Program-made: the position numbers and the translations under genes
Shown here: in pieces, positions 9,769 to 19,528 of the stretch
Position numbering within the stretch: position 1 is the first letter of the stretch
How the letters are laid out: each line of letters opens with the position of its first letter
Source of the DNA: a virus
Taxonomy: Duplodnaviria; Caudoviricetes
IMG/VR virus record: IMGVR_UViG_3300018080_000195
Coordinates: 1 to 60,316 of that record
Direction: 5' to 3' (one strand)
Length of the DNA stretch: 60,316 nt
Notes under the pieces: generated by a model
The model's input: only the letters and a program-made list of their open reading frames with translations
What the model was told of the DNA's origin: nothing
The model's database searches: none

Positions 9769-10235
9769 TTCTCCTCCTCCTTCTTCTTCTTTTTCCGCGG
9801 CACTGGTTTGTAGCCCGGAATCTTGTGTATCTTCATCCAATAACAGAACTGTCTTGGGGAGACACCAAGAAACTCTGCCGCTTCTCTTTGCAATTCAAAT
9901 CTCTCCTTTGCTAAAGTCACGACTGCTTTGAGCATGTTCTTATATCTCGGCTGAGGAAACCCAGCTATCCAGTTCATAACGTCAAAGTGCCGCTCCTGTT
10001 TTGTCTCTGCTCTCAACTCCTCTATCCGATCCCGCAATACGTCGATGAGGATCTTCGTGTTCTCTCCATCTCCGACTTTTCCAACATTGACGATATTGAC
10101 TGTCGATCCATTCGGGTTCCCCTTGAGATAGCTCAAGAGTACTTTGATATCCATCTGCTGCAATATATGAGGTACTTCCTCCTCTAACCTCCTTCTCTGA
10201 AACTCTGCTATCGCTTCCGAGTTGTCACTGGTCAT
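9765..10235 (-). CDS. protein with C-terminal Fis-like helix-turn-helix
   Basis: QREAAEFLGVSPRQFCYWMKIHKI. Confidence 0.65.
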   Translation of the reverse strand: MTSDNSEAIAEFQRRRLEEEVPHILQQMDIKVLLSYLKGNPNGSTVNIVNVGKVGDGENTKILIDVLRDRIEELRAETKQERHFDVMNWIAGFPQPRYKNMLKAVVTLAKERFELQREAAEFLGVSPRQFCYWMKIHKIPGYKPVPRKKKKKEEEK

Positions 10236-10429
10236 GTCTTATGCCGTTCGTCCATCAAGAACTGCTTGTAATCAAAGTTCTCGTGCGGTCCAAGACAGAT
10301 CTCTTCTTCGTCAACGATGACCCACAAATGTTGACTCAGATCTAGCCATACCGCGGACGCTTTCTTCAGTAAATTTCTTTTCTCTTCTTTCGAGAGTGAA
10401 GAACCCGTGCGATGTTGGGTAGCTGTCAT
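10232..10429 (-). CDS. possible small hypothetical protein
   Basis: Fills a gap and its stop overlaps the next start, but the start codon is uncertain. Confidence 0.3.
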   Translation of the reverse strand: MTATQHRTGSSLSKEEKRNLLKKASAVWLDLSQHLWVIVDEEEICLGPHENFDYKQFLMDERHKT

Positions 10430-11048
10430 AGTAGTGATCCTTTATTCCTGGTATGCACAACCTAAGATCCGTTACGTTCCATCCTTTCTTCATAAAGAAC
10501 TCGACCCACCAAGACTCGGGCTCGCATATCCGATGCGTCACGTCCAAATCGTTTGCAGGAGCACGGTACTTTCCTTCCTCTCCTAGCGGAATGACAGCAA
10601 ACAGTCGATCAGAAGGAACAACGTAAAGCTCGTCAGATAGCTCAGATTCGATTAAATGCTCAAACACGTCTTTCGCTATGCAATAATCAAAAGAACGTGG
10701 AAATCCTAGCTTCCTGTTCGCGTAAGTAGGACCTTTTTTGAGCAGACAGTAGCGTTGCACATCCGGATCGACTCTGCTGATAGCATATTCGGAGCTATCG
10801 ACACCGAAAGCAGAGCGTCCAAGCAGTCTGAAAGCTTTGACTACGAAGCCCTTCGCGCATCCGAAGTCGAGCACGGTCTGATAACGATGGATTCCAAGGA
10901 AGTCGATCATCGTCATGACCATAGGAATCGTGAGTTCTGGCATCCACCGGTAGTTCTGATACAGAGATACGCCAGTCTCTATTCCATACTCGAAGTACGC
11001 TTCATCGTACATACACTGCTCTTCTTCTACTCCAAGCACTTTGAGCAT
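10311..11048 (-). CDS. class I SAM-dependent methyltransferase
   Basis: YDEAYF, VLDFGCAKGFVV, GVDSSEYAI, FDYCIAKDVFEHL. Confidence 0.9.
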   Translation of the reverse strand: MLKVLGVEEEQCMYDEAYFEYGIETGVSLYQNYRWMPELTIPMVMTMIDFLGIHRYQTVLDFGCAKGFVVKAFRLLGRSAFGVDSSEYAISRVDPDVQRYCLLKKGPTYANRKLGFPRSFDYCIAKDVFEHLIESELSDELYVVPSDRLFAVIPLGEEGKYRAPANDLDVTHRICEPESWWVEFFMKKGWNVTDLRLCIPGIKDHYYDSYPTSHGFFTLERREKKFTEESVRGMARSESTFVGHR

Positions 11049-11860
11049 AGCGAGTGTGGGACCTCCCTTGCTTGATGTCTCTTGTAGAAGTCAAGTCGTC
11101 GCTCACGGATGTCTGTCCACTTGTCATTGCAGATGTTTCCGAACACGATCTCCTCTTCCATGTCCATACAGCACGGCATCACGTTGCCCGTGACTCCGAT
11201 GAAAAAGTGAGCAGCATCCATGTACGGACAGACAGAAAAGTGTGCCATCTCCTGTTCTTGCTTGACACGACCGGCCCAGTGATTGATGCAAGAATTGACA
11301 TGTACAGCTTTCAACTGTCGCTTCTGGATCGAGATGTTCGTCCACTTGACATAAAAGTCATGTGTCCACGCTTCGTCTGTCAGATCAAGCTTGTGCATTG
11401 AGACGACAAACTCCACATTCGGCACATCCAGTTCCAGACACGCTTTCAGGTTCTCCTCCACTTTCGCTAGATCGTAGCGTGTTCCATCGAACTTGAAATT
11501 GTGGAAGGACACGAGAACCCAGATCTTGTTGTCAGGAGCCATGTTAGACATGAACTGCACACGCTCTGGAGTCAACAAATATCCGTTCGTGTACAAGTCG
11601 ATCTTCGCTTTCGTCTTGTGTGTGATCCGAGCGAAGTAGTCGTCAAAGAACGGGCACATCAGAGGCTCACCGTCCTTGTGCAAAATCATCGTCGTGAGAG
11701 GCTCCCTTTGCTCACAGGACTCGATAAAATGCTCAAGATACTTGAAGACTCTCTCCGACATATGCTCAAGAGGACGCTCCATATCTCTGTGCGGACACTC
11801 CATACACTTGAGATTGCAATAGTTCGTCAACTCCACTTGGAGGTGTTTAGGATTTGTCAT
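11027..11860 (-). CDS. radical SAM / SPASM-Twitch domain protein
   Basis: ELTNYCNLKCMECPH (CxxxCxxC), DGEPL, YTNG; C-terminal CPY...GNVMPCCMD...GNI...LCSKC. Confidence 0.9.
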   Translation of the reverse strand: MTNPKHLQVELTNYCNLKCMECPHRDMERPLEHMSERVFKYLEHFIESCEQREPLTTMILHKDGEPLMCPFFDDYFARITHKTKAKIDLYTNGYLLTPERVQFMSNMAPDNKIWVLVSFHNFKFDGTRYDLAKVEENLKACLELDVPNVEFVVSMHKLDLTDEAWTHDFYVKWTNISIQKRQLKAVHVNSCINHWAGRVKQEQEMAHFSVCPYMDAAHFFIGVTGNVMPCCMDMEEEIVFGNICNDKWTDIRERRLDFYKRHQAREVPHSLCSKCLE

Positions 11861-12827
11861 AGCCCATACCCTCCAATCCGAGTTCGGAGTAGATCTTTCC
11901 GATAATCTTCTTGTGCTCTTCCGGGACAGTCTGCTCCCAAACTCTGTGCTCACGGTCAAGCCACTGAGGAGAGCATCCCTTGACGAATCTGTCAGAGACA
12001 GGGTGCTTCAGGTGATCCCATGCTCTCGTGCCTCCCCAGAAGTGGACGAAGTACGGATTCGCTTTTCCTCCATAGTACGTTCCTTCTGGAGCACGTCCAC
12101 CGGCCCACTTCTGATAGATGTGATCGACAGGAACAGCTACATGCTCATACTCTCCGAGCGATCGGTAGTACAACCACGCTCCTGGCTCAAACCATGCAGC
12201 TTGCGGAACTCCTTTCTCGATCTCCTGCTTCTGACGAGGGTTCGGATCTTTGATCCCTCTCGTCTCCGAGAAGACTCCAGCAACGACCTTGATGTTGGAG
12301 TCCATTCCTGGGTCCGTGTCCGCTCTGTTTCCTCTAGGGTGCCAGAAGATTCCTTCATTGTTGTCCGTACATTCCTTATGATACTTCTTCAGCATGTTCA
12401 CATCGTACAGTGTAGCGGACGGATTGATATTGTAGTGATTCGTTCCTTCATTCCAGAAGAATCCGGCCATTCCGCAATTCTCCTTGGACTCGATCTGCTG
12501 GACGAACCAATCCAACCATCCTGGCTTCGTTGCGAGACAGTCCGTCTCCGTACAGAACATGTACTGGTAGTCATCGTCCCAAATAAGCTCAAGGATCTCA
12601 TCCAGTCCAGTAGCGTGAGACTGTCTGCGTCTGATGCAATCCATGACGGTCACATCCTCTCCGAGAGCAGTCTCCGTGATTGCTTCGATTGATGGATGTC
12701 CGGGCCATGTTGCTGCGACATAGATATCCGCTTCGATGTCATTGTCCATTGTCTTCAGGGAGTTAATGATCACCTGAAGCCATTTCGCTGCGTGTCCGTG
12801 GGACAACGCGATTGCAACTCTACTCAT
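11847..12827 (-). CDS. GT-A fold glycosyltransferase-like protein
   Basis: SHATGLD, YMFCTETDC (DxD-like), GWLDWF, FVHFWGGT. Confidence 0.6.
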   Translation of the reverse strand: MSRVAIALSHGHAAKWLQVIINSLKTMDNDIEADIYVAATWPGHPSIEAITETALGEDVTVMDCIRRRQSHATGLDEILELIWDDDYQYMFCTETDCLATKPGWLDWFVQQIESKENCGMAGFFWNEGTNHYNINPSATLYDVNMLKKYHKECTDNNEGIFWHPRGNRADTDPGMDSNIKVVAGVFSETRGIKDPNPRQKQEIEKGVPQAAWFEPGAWLYYRSLGEYEHVAVPVDHIYQKWAGGRAPEGTYYGGKANPYFVHFWGGTRAWDHLKHPVSDRFVKGCSPQWLDREHRVWEQTVPEEHKKIIGKIYSELGLEGMGYDKS

Positions 12828-13596
12828 AGTAGCTCCTCCTTCTGATCATCGTCCGCTTCTTCAACAACCCAATGTTGTGATGAAGGACGATCTTTTCCCA
12901 TCTGGGATTGCGCTCCGGCCATTCCTCCCACGCCCTCTCCACTCCTCCGGGCTCAGGATCGTCCTGATTGCCCGGAAAGGCTACATCGTCACACAGAATC
13001 GCATCTGTGATGTTACTCGACAACTCAAGCTCCTTAATCGTGTGAGTGTAACTATGGATCGTGTCCACGAAGACAAGATCAAAGCGTTGATCTTGTACGC
13101 TCTCCAAGAACTTGACGCTATCCGTCATGATGAACTTCCAGTGAGACACATGGTTGTAGCGTACTCCTGTCGTTCCGAGCGGGTTCCTCTCAATGGACGT
13201 TAGGTGGCCTCCTTGCACTCCTTCCAGATATGCAAGGAACAGTGCGGTGCTGATTGCACTGTCTCCTCCTACTCCTAGCTCAAGCACAGTAGTCGGCTGC
13301 ACAAGTTCCAACGCTTTCTCATACGTTCCTGCTTGCGGAACTCGCATCAGATTCAGGAACCGATGGGCATCCAGTTCGCTCTTGAACTCCGTGTCCACTC
13401 TCGCTAGTGCTTGCTCTACGATGTCCTCCGTGTTCACTTGGTACTCGATCAGATGCTTCCACTTGCTCCACTCTTCCAGCCGCTCAGGAGGCACATTCTT
13501 TCCATACTTGTTGAGCCAGTCTCGTGACTGCTTCGCTTGCTGTGGATTCGCGCTGCCGTAATGCTTGCGGAGCCACGCTTTTGTCATTGTAAACAT
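12820..13596 (-). CDS. class I SAM-dependent methyltransferase (Methyltransf_24-like)
   Basis: VLELGVGG, LTSIE, FDLVFVDTIHSY, ILCDD, GGVERAW. Confidence 0.85.
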   Translation of the reverse strand: MFTMTKAWLRKHYGSANPQQAKQSRDWLNKYGKNVPPERLEEWSKWKHLIEYQVNTEDIVEQALARVDTEFKSELDAHRFLNLMRVPQAGTYEKALELVQPTTVLELGVGGDSAISTALFLAYLEGVQGGHLTSIERNPLGTTGVRYNHVSHWKFIMTDSVKFLESVQDQRFDLVFVDTIHSYTHTIKELELSSNITDAILCDDVAFPGNQDDPEPGGVERAWEEWPERNPRWEKIVLHHNIGLLKKRTMIRRRSYYE

Positions 13597-13604
13597 GTCG
13601 TCTC

Positions 13605-14543
13605 CTAAATGAAGTTGCACATCTCTCCCGGATGGATTATTGACTCACATAAGTCATTCTGCACATGAAACACACAATGATCACAGTGCAACGGGTCATA
13701 CGCTACAACTTTATCCTTGTAGCGTTGCACTAGGTTGTCCATGTGGACCCACCGGAAATTCTCATGGAAGGATCTGTCCGACGAGGTATTCAAGACAACA
13801 GAGGAGCACGGGTAGACCCATCCATCATGGAGCAGGAACGGCTTCCAGTAACACCACCAACAATTCTTCGGACGTGAGAATGACTTCGCTTGATAGAAGT
13901 AAGGATCTCCCATCTTTCCAACGACCTCGGAAAGAATCCGATTGTTCTCCTCCTGTTCCTGCTGAGTTGCTTGGCAGTTCGGAACGACTCGCACGTACTC
14001 AGGACTGTACTTCCGGACATGCTCCTTGAGACACACAAGCGTCTTGTCCGTTGTCTTCTCATTCCAAACGTAGGAGAATCCTAGCGTTCCAGAGAAGTCT
14101 GGTATATCTACTTCATCCACATAATCAAGGCAGTTCATGGAGATACGGAGCCACTTCAAACGCTGTAGTCCCATCCACTGTAAATGTGAAGTCAGGAGCA
14201 GTCCATTCGTGATCAGTCCTTGTTCAAGCTTCAAGTGATTAGCCATCTCGATAGCTTCATTGATCCACTCATAGCAGAGCGGATCTCCTCCTCCTGTCCA
14301 CTCAACTGTCCTCGTTCCGATCTCTCGCATCTCGTACAGGAGCACAGACAGTTGAGAGATGTCCAAATCCTCATGCGTCTTCCTGTTCACATTGGAGCAG
14401 AACACACATCTCAGATTGCATCTCGAAGTCGGTCCTATCTGCAAGGAGATCGGAGTGCCGTATCCCATCCTGAATCGGCTGATCGCAGCAGGATGACTCA
14501 GAAGTTTAATCCCAGTAGATGTAAACACGTTGATCTTGCTCAT
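13605..14543 (-). CDS. radical SAM protein with C-terminal Cys cluster
   Basis: PTSRCNLRCVFCS, TGGGDP, LITNG, DGWVYPC, CDHCVF. Confidence 0.9.
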   Translation of the reverse strand: MSKINVFTSTGIKLLSHPAAISRFRMGYGTPISLQIGPTSRCNLRCVFCSNVNRKTHEDLDISQLSVLLYEMREIGTRTVEWTGGGDPLCYEWINEAIEMANHLKLEQGLITNGLLLTSHLQWMGLQRLKWLRISMNCLDYVDEVDIPDFSGTLGFSYVWNEKTTDKTLVCLKEHVRKYSPEYVRVVPNCQATQQEQEENNRILSEVVGKMGDPYFYQAKSFSRPKNCWWCYWKPFLLHDGWVYPCSSVVLNTSSDRSFHENFRWVHMDNLVQRYKDKVVAYDPLHCDHCVFHVQNDLCESIIHPGEMCNFI

Positions 14544-14920
14544 TCGAACGTCTTTCCTCTCTCGATTACGTGAGGGACTACTCTCTTCGCTCCAAACAAT
14601 ACTCCTAGATTTCTAGCGACTTCTGCATGATTGAAATCCTTACAAGATGTCAGATCAAACATGACGTATCGGTACTCCGGCCATGAATGGAAGTAAGCGT
14701 GGGATTCCGCAAAGAGAACAGTTCCAGAGTATCCCCATTCGTCCCTCTTTTTTGCTTGTGGAACGTCCCAACGAGCGATCTGAGGAGCAGAAATGACAGT
14801 CATACCAATGCGCTCCGGTAGCTCCACAAGCAACCGATACTGCTTGCTTACATCTTGGAGAATCCGGGAACTGCAAGCATACAAATCCACAAGCAGGCTC
14901 TTCCCTTGGAGTTTCTTCAA
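14540..14920 (-). CDS. speD: S-adenosylmethionine decarboxylase proenzyme (class 1B)
   Basis: GKSLLVDLYAC ... GYSGTVLFAESHAYFHSWPE ... FDLTSCKDF; ESH autoprocessing site. Confidence 0.9.
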   Translation of the reverse strand: MKKLQGKSLLVDLYACSSRILQDVSKQYRLLVELPERIGMTVISAPQIARWDVPQAKKRDEWGYSGTVLFAESHAYFHSWPEYRYVMFDLTSCKDFNHAEVARNLGVLFGAKRVVPHVIERGKTFE

Positions 14921-14944
14921 GTCCCCAATCGTCCTGCCCTCCTA

Positions 14945-15523
14945 TCATAACTTCCTTCCTACGTAAATGTGGCCATTGCTTGCTCCAATCTTCGTTCCAT
15001 CAATGTAGAGATGACAGAACCACTGATCGAGCAAAGACGTGACCTCGCCTATCGTGTAGCGAGTCGTCTGAATGCCATCATCCTTGTATGCTCCTTCATG
15101 GAAAAGGAGAAAAGGGGTGTTGAACATAAGAATGCCATCATCTCGAAGACGATCAACAACCCACTTGAAGAAGTTGTACACTTCGCATCGTGGAATGTGG
15201 TGCAGGACATACCAGAAGTGAACTACATCAAACTTGTCTGGAATGTCCTCATATCCACGAAGTAGGAACTTCTTCTCAATTCCATTCCAGACAGGGCAAT
15301 CGAGAACTTGCTGAGAGATGTCCGCAATCGCATAGCTCTTGATTACTCGCTTAATGACTTCATACGCTCGTCCTTCTCCCGGACCAACCTCCAACACATA
15401 CGAATCGACGTAGTACTTCACATAGTCGATGAACGGAGCAGGATTGGAGTCCCCTTGATTCTTCGCAGTCCATCCAGTGCTCCAGTGCTCCAGTCGCTTG
15501 TCGAGATTGTAGGAGAAGTTCAC
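14945..15523 (-). CDS. class I SAM-dependent methyltransferase
   Basis: VLEVGPGEGR, ADISQ, FDVVHFWYVLHHIP, LRDDGIL. Confidence 0.88.
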   Translation of the reverse strand: MNFSYNLDKRLEHWSTGWTAKNQGDSNPAPFIDYVKYYVDSYVLEVGPGEGRAYEVIKRVIKSYAIADISQQVLDCPVWNGIEKKFLLRGYEDIPDKFDVVHFWYVLHHIPRCEVYNFFKWVVDRLRDDGILMFNTPFLLFHEGAYKDDGIQTTRYTIGEVTSLLDQWFCHLYIDGTKIGASNGHIYVGRKL

Positions 15524-16212
15524 TTCAGACCCTCCTTCAAGTAACGCTCTCTGTACATAGCTTCCTTGTGATGCTCAGGGACAGTGTGCCCGTGCTCCTT
15601 GTCCTCCATGTGAAGCTTCGCACAGAGTTTGCCGATCTCGTCTCGCTTGTCCTGTCCTGCTGATCTGTGAAAGTGATTGATCTTTGGATTCGTCAATCTC
15701 GCGTAGATCTGCTTATGCTGCGTGACTTGCTCATGCAATCTCCGAATGTAAGTGATAGGGCAATCCAATCTGGACATCCTTGCTTGATAGTCCGGGTAGA
15801 CTCTCCAGTCCTTTGCCCACGCTGTACGCTCTAAGTTCATCCAGTCGATCCTCGGAAACGCTATGACATCACACATCTCCTGCAGGTAGTCCTTGACGAA
15901 ACGGAACTGATGGAACTCCTCTTCATCAATCCGCTCGTCAGCGTCGAAGTAAGCCATCCAGCTTGCTTCTCGAAAGTACTTCCTTGCGAGATAGCGCAAG
16001 TGGTTCCTTGCAGGGCCGTATCCTTCCCTGCGAATAATGTCGTCCTCAACGACAATCGCTCCATGATCCCGACAGAACTCTTGCGTTCCGTCTGTCGATC
16101 CAGTGTCTACGATGATGATCCCTCCATCAGCTAGAGGCTTGAAGTTGTCGAACCACTCCGGCAACTGCTCGATCTCGTTGTACATGTTACTCGCAATGAC
16201 AACTTTTTTCAC
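15520..16212 (-). CDS. glycosyltransferase family 2
   Basis: NE, IIIVDTGSTDGT, ARN, YFDADERI, YPDYQARM, LHE. Confidence 0.92.
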   Translation of the reverse strand: MKKVVIASNMYNEIEQLPEWFDNFKPLADGGIIIVDTGSTDGTQEFCRDHGAIVVEDDIIRREGYGPARNHLRYLARKYFREASWMAYFDADERIDEEEFHQFRFVKDYLQEMCDVIAFPRIDWMNLERTAWAKDWRVYPDYQARMSRLDCPITYIRRLHEQVTQHKQIYARLTNPKINHFHRSAGQDKRDEIGKLCAKLHMEDKEHGHTVPEHHKEAMYRERYLKEGLK

Positions 16213-16795
16213 GGTATCTCCTTCCGTTCTTTTCCCACCTAATTAGCTGGGATTGAGTCATCTTCTTTCTCGTCTCGACAGATGCTTTCTTCCCTGTGGA
16301 AGCTTTTCGCATCTTCTCGATTGTTTCTGGGGAGTGTTTCTTCCCCTTATTCCAAGTTGTCTTGCCCTTGTGTGCTAGAGACATCTTCATTCGAGTCTCT
16401 GCTGAAACGACTTTGCCTCTGTGAAAATCTCCTATCTGTCTTCTCTTACTAGGTGGACAAACATACCCATTAAGCCCATTTCCTCCATCCGTTAGGTTAA
16501 CGAGAGGCCCTGTTCCTAAATCCTTTCTCCCAATCTTCTTGATCAGGTATCTCTCCATCTGCTCCGCTTGCTCCTCAGTAAATGGAGACAGAACAACTAC
16601 TGACACTTCCTCCAATTCGTTAAATCGGTCAATAAAAACCTTAGTCCTTCGAGATGGACACTGATCCCATACACGCTTTTGAACACGAGTCTTCCCAACA
16701 TAAAATGGTTCACGCTCCGCTCGATCCAAGTAGACATAAATCAGAAACTTGCCTTCCTCGTTCGACATACTCAAAGCGGAAGCTTCCCTCTTCAT
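16187..16795 (-). mobile_element. free-standing GIY-YIG homing endonuclease with NUMOD3 repeats
   Basis: IYVYLD...PFYVGK, IGRKDLGTGPLVNLTDGG, and repeats of S.ETR.KMS / HSPETIEKMR. RBS GAGGAG precedes the ATG at 16795; overlaps both neighbours. Confidence 0.85.
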
Positions 16796-18884
16796 TTTCG
16801 TTGCTCCTCTTGACTTTGCCTTCCTGCTCAAGTCTTTCGACCTGTTGCAGAATTGTGTTAGGATCATGAAGTCCAGTACACGGAACAGGACAGTTCCGAA
16901 TCGACGCAGAACACGGCCCTAGTCCGGGACAATCCATGATGTAATCTGGAACCATGCAGACTAGCTCCCCTTTTGTCTGATCTGGACGGACAACGAAAGC
17001 GTTACCCGATCCAAACAGCACAACTTGCGAAACTCCGATAGCACCTGCCAGATGCGAAATAAAACTGTCCACATTGACCGATAGGACTGCTTTGTCCATA
17101 ACCCATGCTGACTCACGGAAGCTGAGTTTGCCACGGAGGTCCAACTCTGCTCCTGCATCATAGTCCCCTTTTCCTCCAAGCTGGATTGTACGATAGCGGT
17201 TCTTGAGTGCCTCTGCCACGGGCTTCATATATTTGTAAGTTCTGAATGCTGCGTCTCCTCCTGTCGTGTGGAGGATACAAATCGGTCGATGCTCCTGATC
17301 CAGAACTTGCTTTGCTATCTTCTCCTGCGGCCGTTTCTTCTCAATGTACATCTCATCCGGGTCGACCATCAGCAGCTTCCAGTAGAAATCTGACAGGATG
17401 GTGTTGCAATTCCTACCCCAATGCCCGGGGAGAATCCTCTCCGAATGTGGATTCAGTCTGTGGACGAAGCTGGCGAACTCATTCTCGTCCCATGCGAGAA
17501 CATCCTCCACGAGCGGATTTCCACGAACGATGTCCATGTACTGGCGCTCACACATGTAATAGAGAGGCTTATCCTTGAACATCTCCTTCAAGCCCTTGAG
17601 GGCTTTCGTCGTCATGAGGATGTCTCCAGCAGAGGATCGCTGTGCAAAGCAGACAGCATCCTTCATTCCATAAGGAACGGAATCCTTCGGCACAATCATT
17701 CCTTGCTGAAAAACATCATTGAGCACATCGTTGATGTTGTGAACACCGTCGACCCATTCCTTTGCTCTCTGCTTTCCATCTGCGGCACATCTCTTCCTAT
17801 ACGCTTCGTCCGAGATCATCTGATCCATAGCATCGTACAGATCTTCCGCTTTGCAGGCACTCGCTTCGATCCAAGATTGGCCTCTCTCCGCATACACTGG
17901 TATATATGTAGGCTCCTTGCAAGGAACGAGCGTTCCTACATCCTTGACTAGCTCCGTCTGCGCTGTCGTATCAGACGCTATGATAGGAACTTCGCAAAGC
18001 ATAGCTTCAAGGAGCGTCCACGAGAGTCCTTCCTGCAAGGAGCAGTTCAGGAGAGCGTCAAAGCAGTTGTAGATTGCTACCATCTGAGGGAGACTGACCC
18101 ATGCATCTGGATCACCAGACTTTGCGATGATGTCACCGGACTTGAGGCCACAATCCAGCGCATGTTGGATGAGATTGTATACTCCACTCTGCATGTTCAG
18201 ATGGAGATACAAATAAGCGTTCGGGTACTTCTGCTTTATCTTCGAATAAGCAAGGATCGCTTTCTGCGGGTCCTTCCTCACTTGATTGTTTCCAAGGAAT
18301 CCGAAGAGGAAGCCGTCTCCGATTGTTGGAAAGTATCTGTGTCTTGCTTCTCCACGCTGCTCTGGAGTGATCTTCTGGAACAGTCTGTTAGCGAACAGGG
18401 GAGGACGGAAGTACCTAGCGTTAGGAACTTCGCTCTTGATCAGATCGTATCCAAACTGCGAGTAGACGCAGGAGATATCCGGTTGACGGAACCAGTGAAT
18501 CCAGTCCTTCCTTATCTTCGGAGTGTCATACGGACAGATCGTGATGAACTTGAACTGCTTTGCCCGCTTCAACTGCATGAGTTCGTCAAAGATCGGAGCG
18601 TAGACCCAGATGTCGATTCCTACGAATATGACAGCTTCTACTGGGTTCTCATGGATGACCCGGAGGAGCTTCTTTCCGTTCCACTTGTCCTGCGATCCGT
18701 CCGCAGGAATCACTGGAACAGGCTGAGGATGGAAGATATCATGCTTCAGTATGTGGGAAGTTCCTACTGCAAAACAAGCAGGAGCGTACTGCTCCTTGTT
18801 TACTTGAGCAAGGAGGGCTCGCATGAAGTTAGAATTACCTGTGCATCCGACAGGACTCTCGCCAACGAAGAGAACTCGTTTCAT
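16710..18884 (-). CDS. fused glycosyltransferase: GT4-like (GT-B) plus GT9 heptosyltransferase-like
   Basis: N-terminal half NQVRKD...EGLSWTLLEAMLCEVPIIASD; C-terminal half SAGDILMTT...DLRGKLSFRES...VDSFISHLAGAIG. Confidence 0.9.
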   Translation of the reverse strand: MKRVLFVGESPVGCTGNSNFMRALLAQVNKEQYAPACFAVGTSHILKHDIFHPQPVPVIPADGSQDKWNGKKLLRVIHENPVEAVIFVGIDIWVYAPIFDELMQLKRAKQFKFITICPYDTPKIRKDWIHWFRQPDISCVYSQFGYDLIKSEVPNARYFRPPLFANRLFQKITPEQRGEARHRYFPTIGDGFLFGFLGNNQVRKDPQKAILAYSKIKQKYPNAYLYLHLNMQSGVYNLIQHALDCGLKSGDIIAKSGDPDAWVSLPQMVAIYNCFDALLNCSLQEGLSWTLLEAMLCEVPIIASDTTAQTELVKDVGTLVPCKEPTYIPVYAERGQSWIEASACKAEDLYDAMDQMISDEAYRKRCAADGKQRAKEWVDGVHNINDVLNDVFQQGMIVPKDSVPYGMKDAVCFAQRSSAGDILMTTKALKGLKEMFKDKPLYYMCERQYMDIVRGNPLVEDVLAWDENEFASFVHRLNPHSERILPGHWGRNCNTILSDFYWKLLMVDPDEMYIEKKRPQEKIAKQVLDQEHRPICILHTTGGDAAFRTYKYMKPVAEALKNRYRTIQLGGKGDYDAGAELDLRGKLSFRESAWVMDKAVLSVNVDSFISHLAGAIGVSQVVLFGSGNAFVVRPDQTKGELVCMVPDYIMDCPGLGPCSASIRNCPVPCTGLHDPNTILQQVERLEQEGKVKRSNENEEGSFRFEYVERGRQVSDLCLLGSSGA

Positions 18885-18910
18885 TTGAATTTTCCTTGTA
18901 AATCAAAGGA

Positions 18911-19528
18911 TTATACTCTCGTATCTTCAGCCAAATAACACACATCTACTGCTGGGAAGTAACGCTTTATCACCTGCTCTATCTTATAATACTCCCCACT
19001 GCAGGGCTGGTATCGGTCAAGCGATTGTACTCCTATACTGCTAGGCAGATACAGGACTTGCGACTCGATTCCTATCTGAGCGAGTTCTTCGTCTTGCTGT
19101 AGATCCGTTCCAAACAAACGGCTAGTCAGGAGAGCATAGCACTCGGACTGCACAACGCTCCAAGAGGTCTCCCTCCTGTAGTTTGCGTCGAACACTTCTC
19201 CGGACGCTCGGAGCAGTTCACCGGAGACGTTTGCTCCATAGAGCACAACTTCTCTGGAGATCATCGTGTCCTCGAAATTCTCCGGCGAGTCGTTCATCAC
19301 CATGAACCGTCTGCCGTCGGAGAACTCGATTACATCTCCGTTCGTCGCTACGCTGTTGTCTTGGAAAGTCGCTTCTAGGAAGAACTCACGAATGAATGGT
19401 TTCGTAACCTGTCGATTCATCTCGTAGTCAAGATATCCACCGTCAACATCAGCTTCACCGCTCGTCTTGACGACGAAACTCGTTCCTATCTCCTCAAGAA
19501 CAAGCCTGATATCTAGGGCAATCGACAT
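18911..19528 (-). CDS. putative head closure protein
   Basis: Beta-rich, 205 aa, follows the adaptor gene in the head-tail block. Confidence 0.55.
   Translation of the reverse strand: MSIALDIRLVLEEIGTSFVVKTSGEADVDGGYLDYEMNRQVTKPFIREFFLEATFQDNSVATNGDVIEFSDGRRFMVMNDSPENFEDTMISREVVLYGANVSGELLRASGEVFDANYRRETSWSVVQSECYALLTSRLFGTDLQQDEELAQIGIESQVLYLPSSIGVQSLDRYQPCSGEYYKIEQVIKRYFPAVDVCYLAEDTRV

Noticed and set aside
16187-16867. Group I intron around the endonuclease; similarity of MKREASALSMSNE to the GT2 start MKKVVIASNMYNE
   Set aside because: Both flanking genes look complete, there is no non-coding room for a ribozyme core, and the peptide similarity is too weak.
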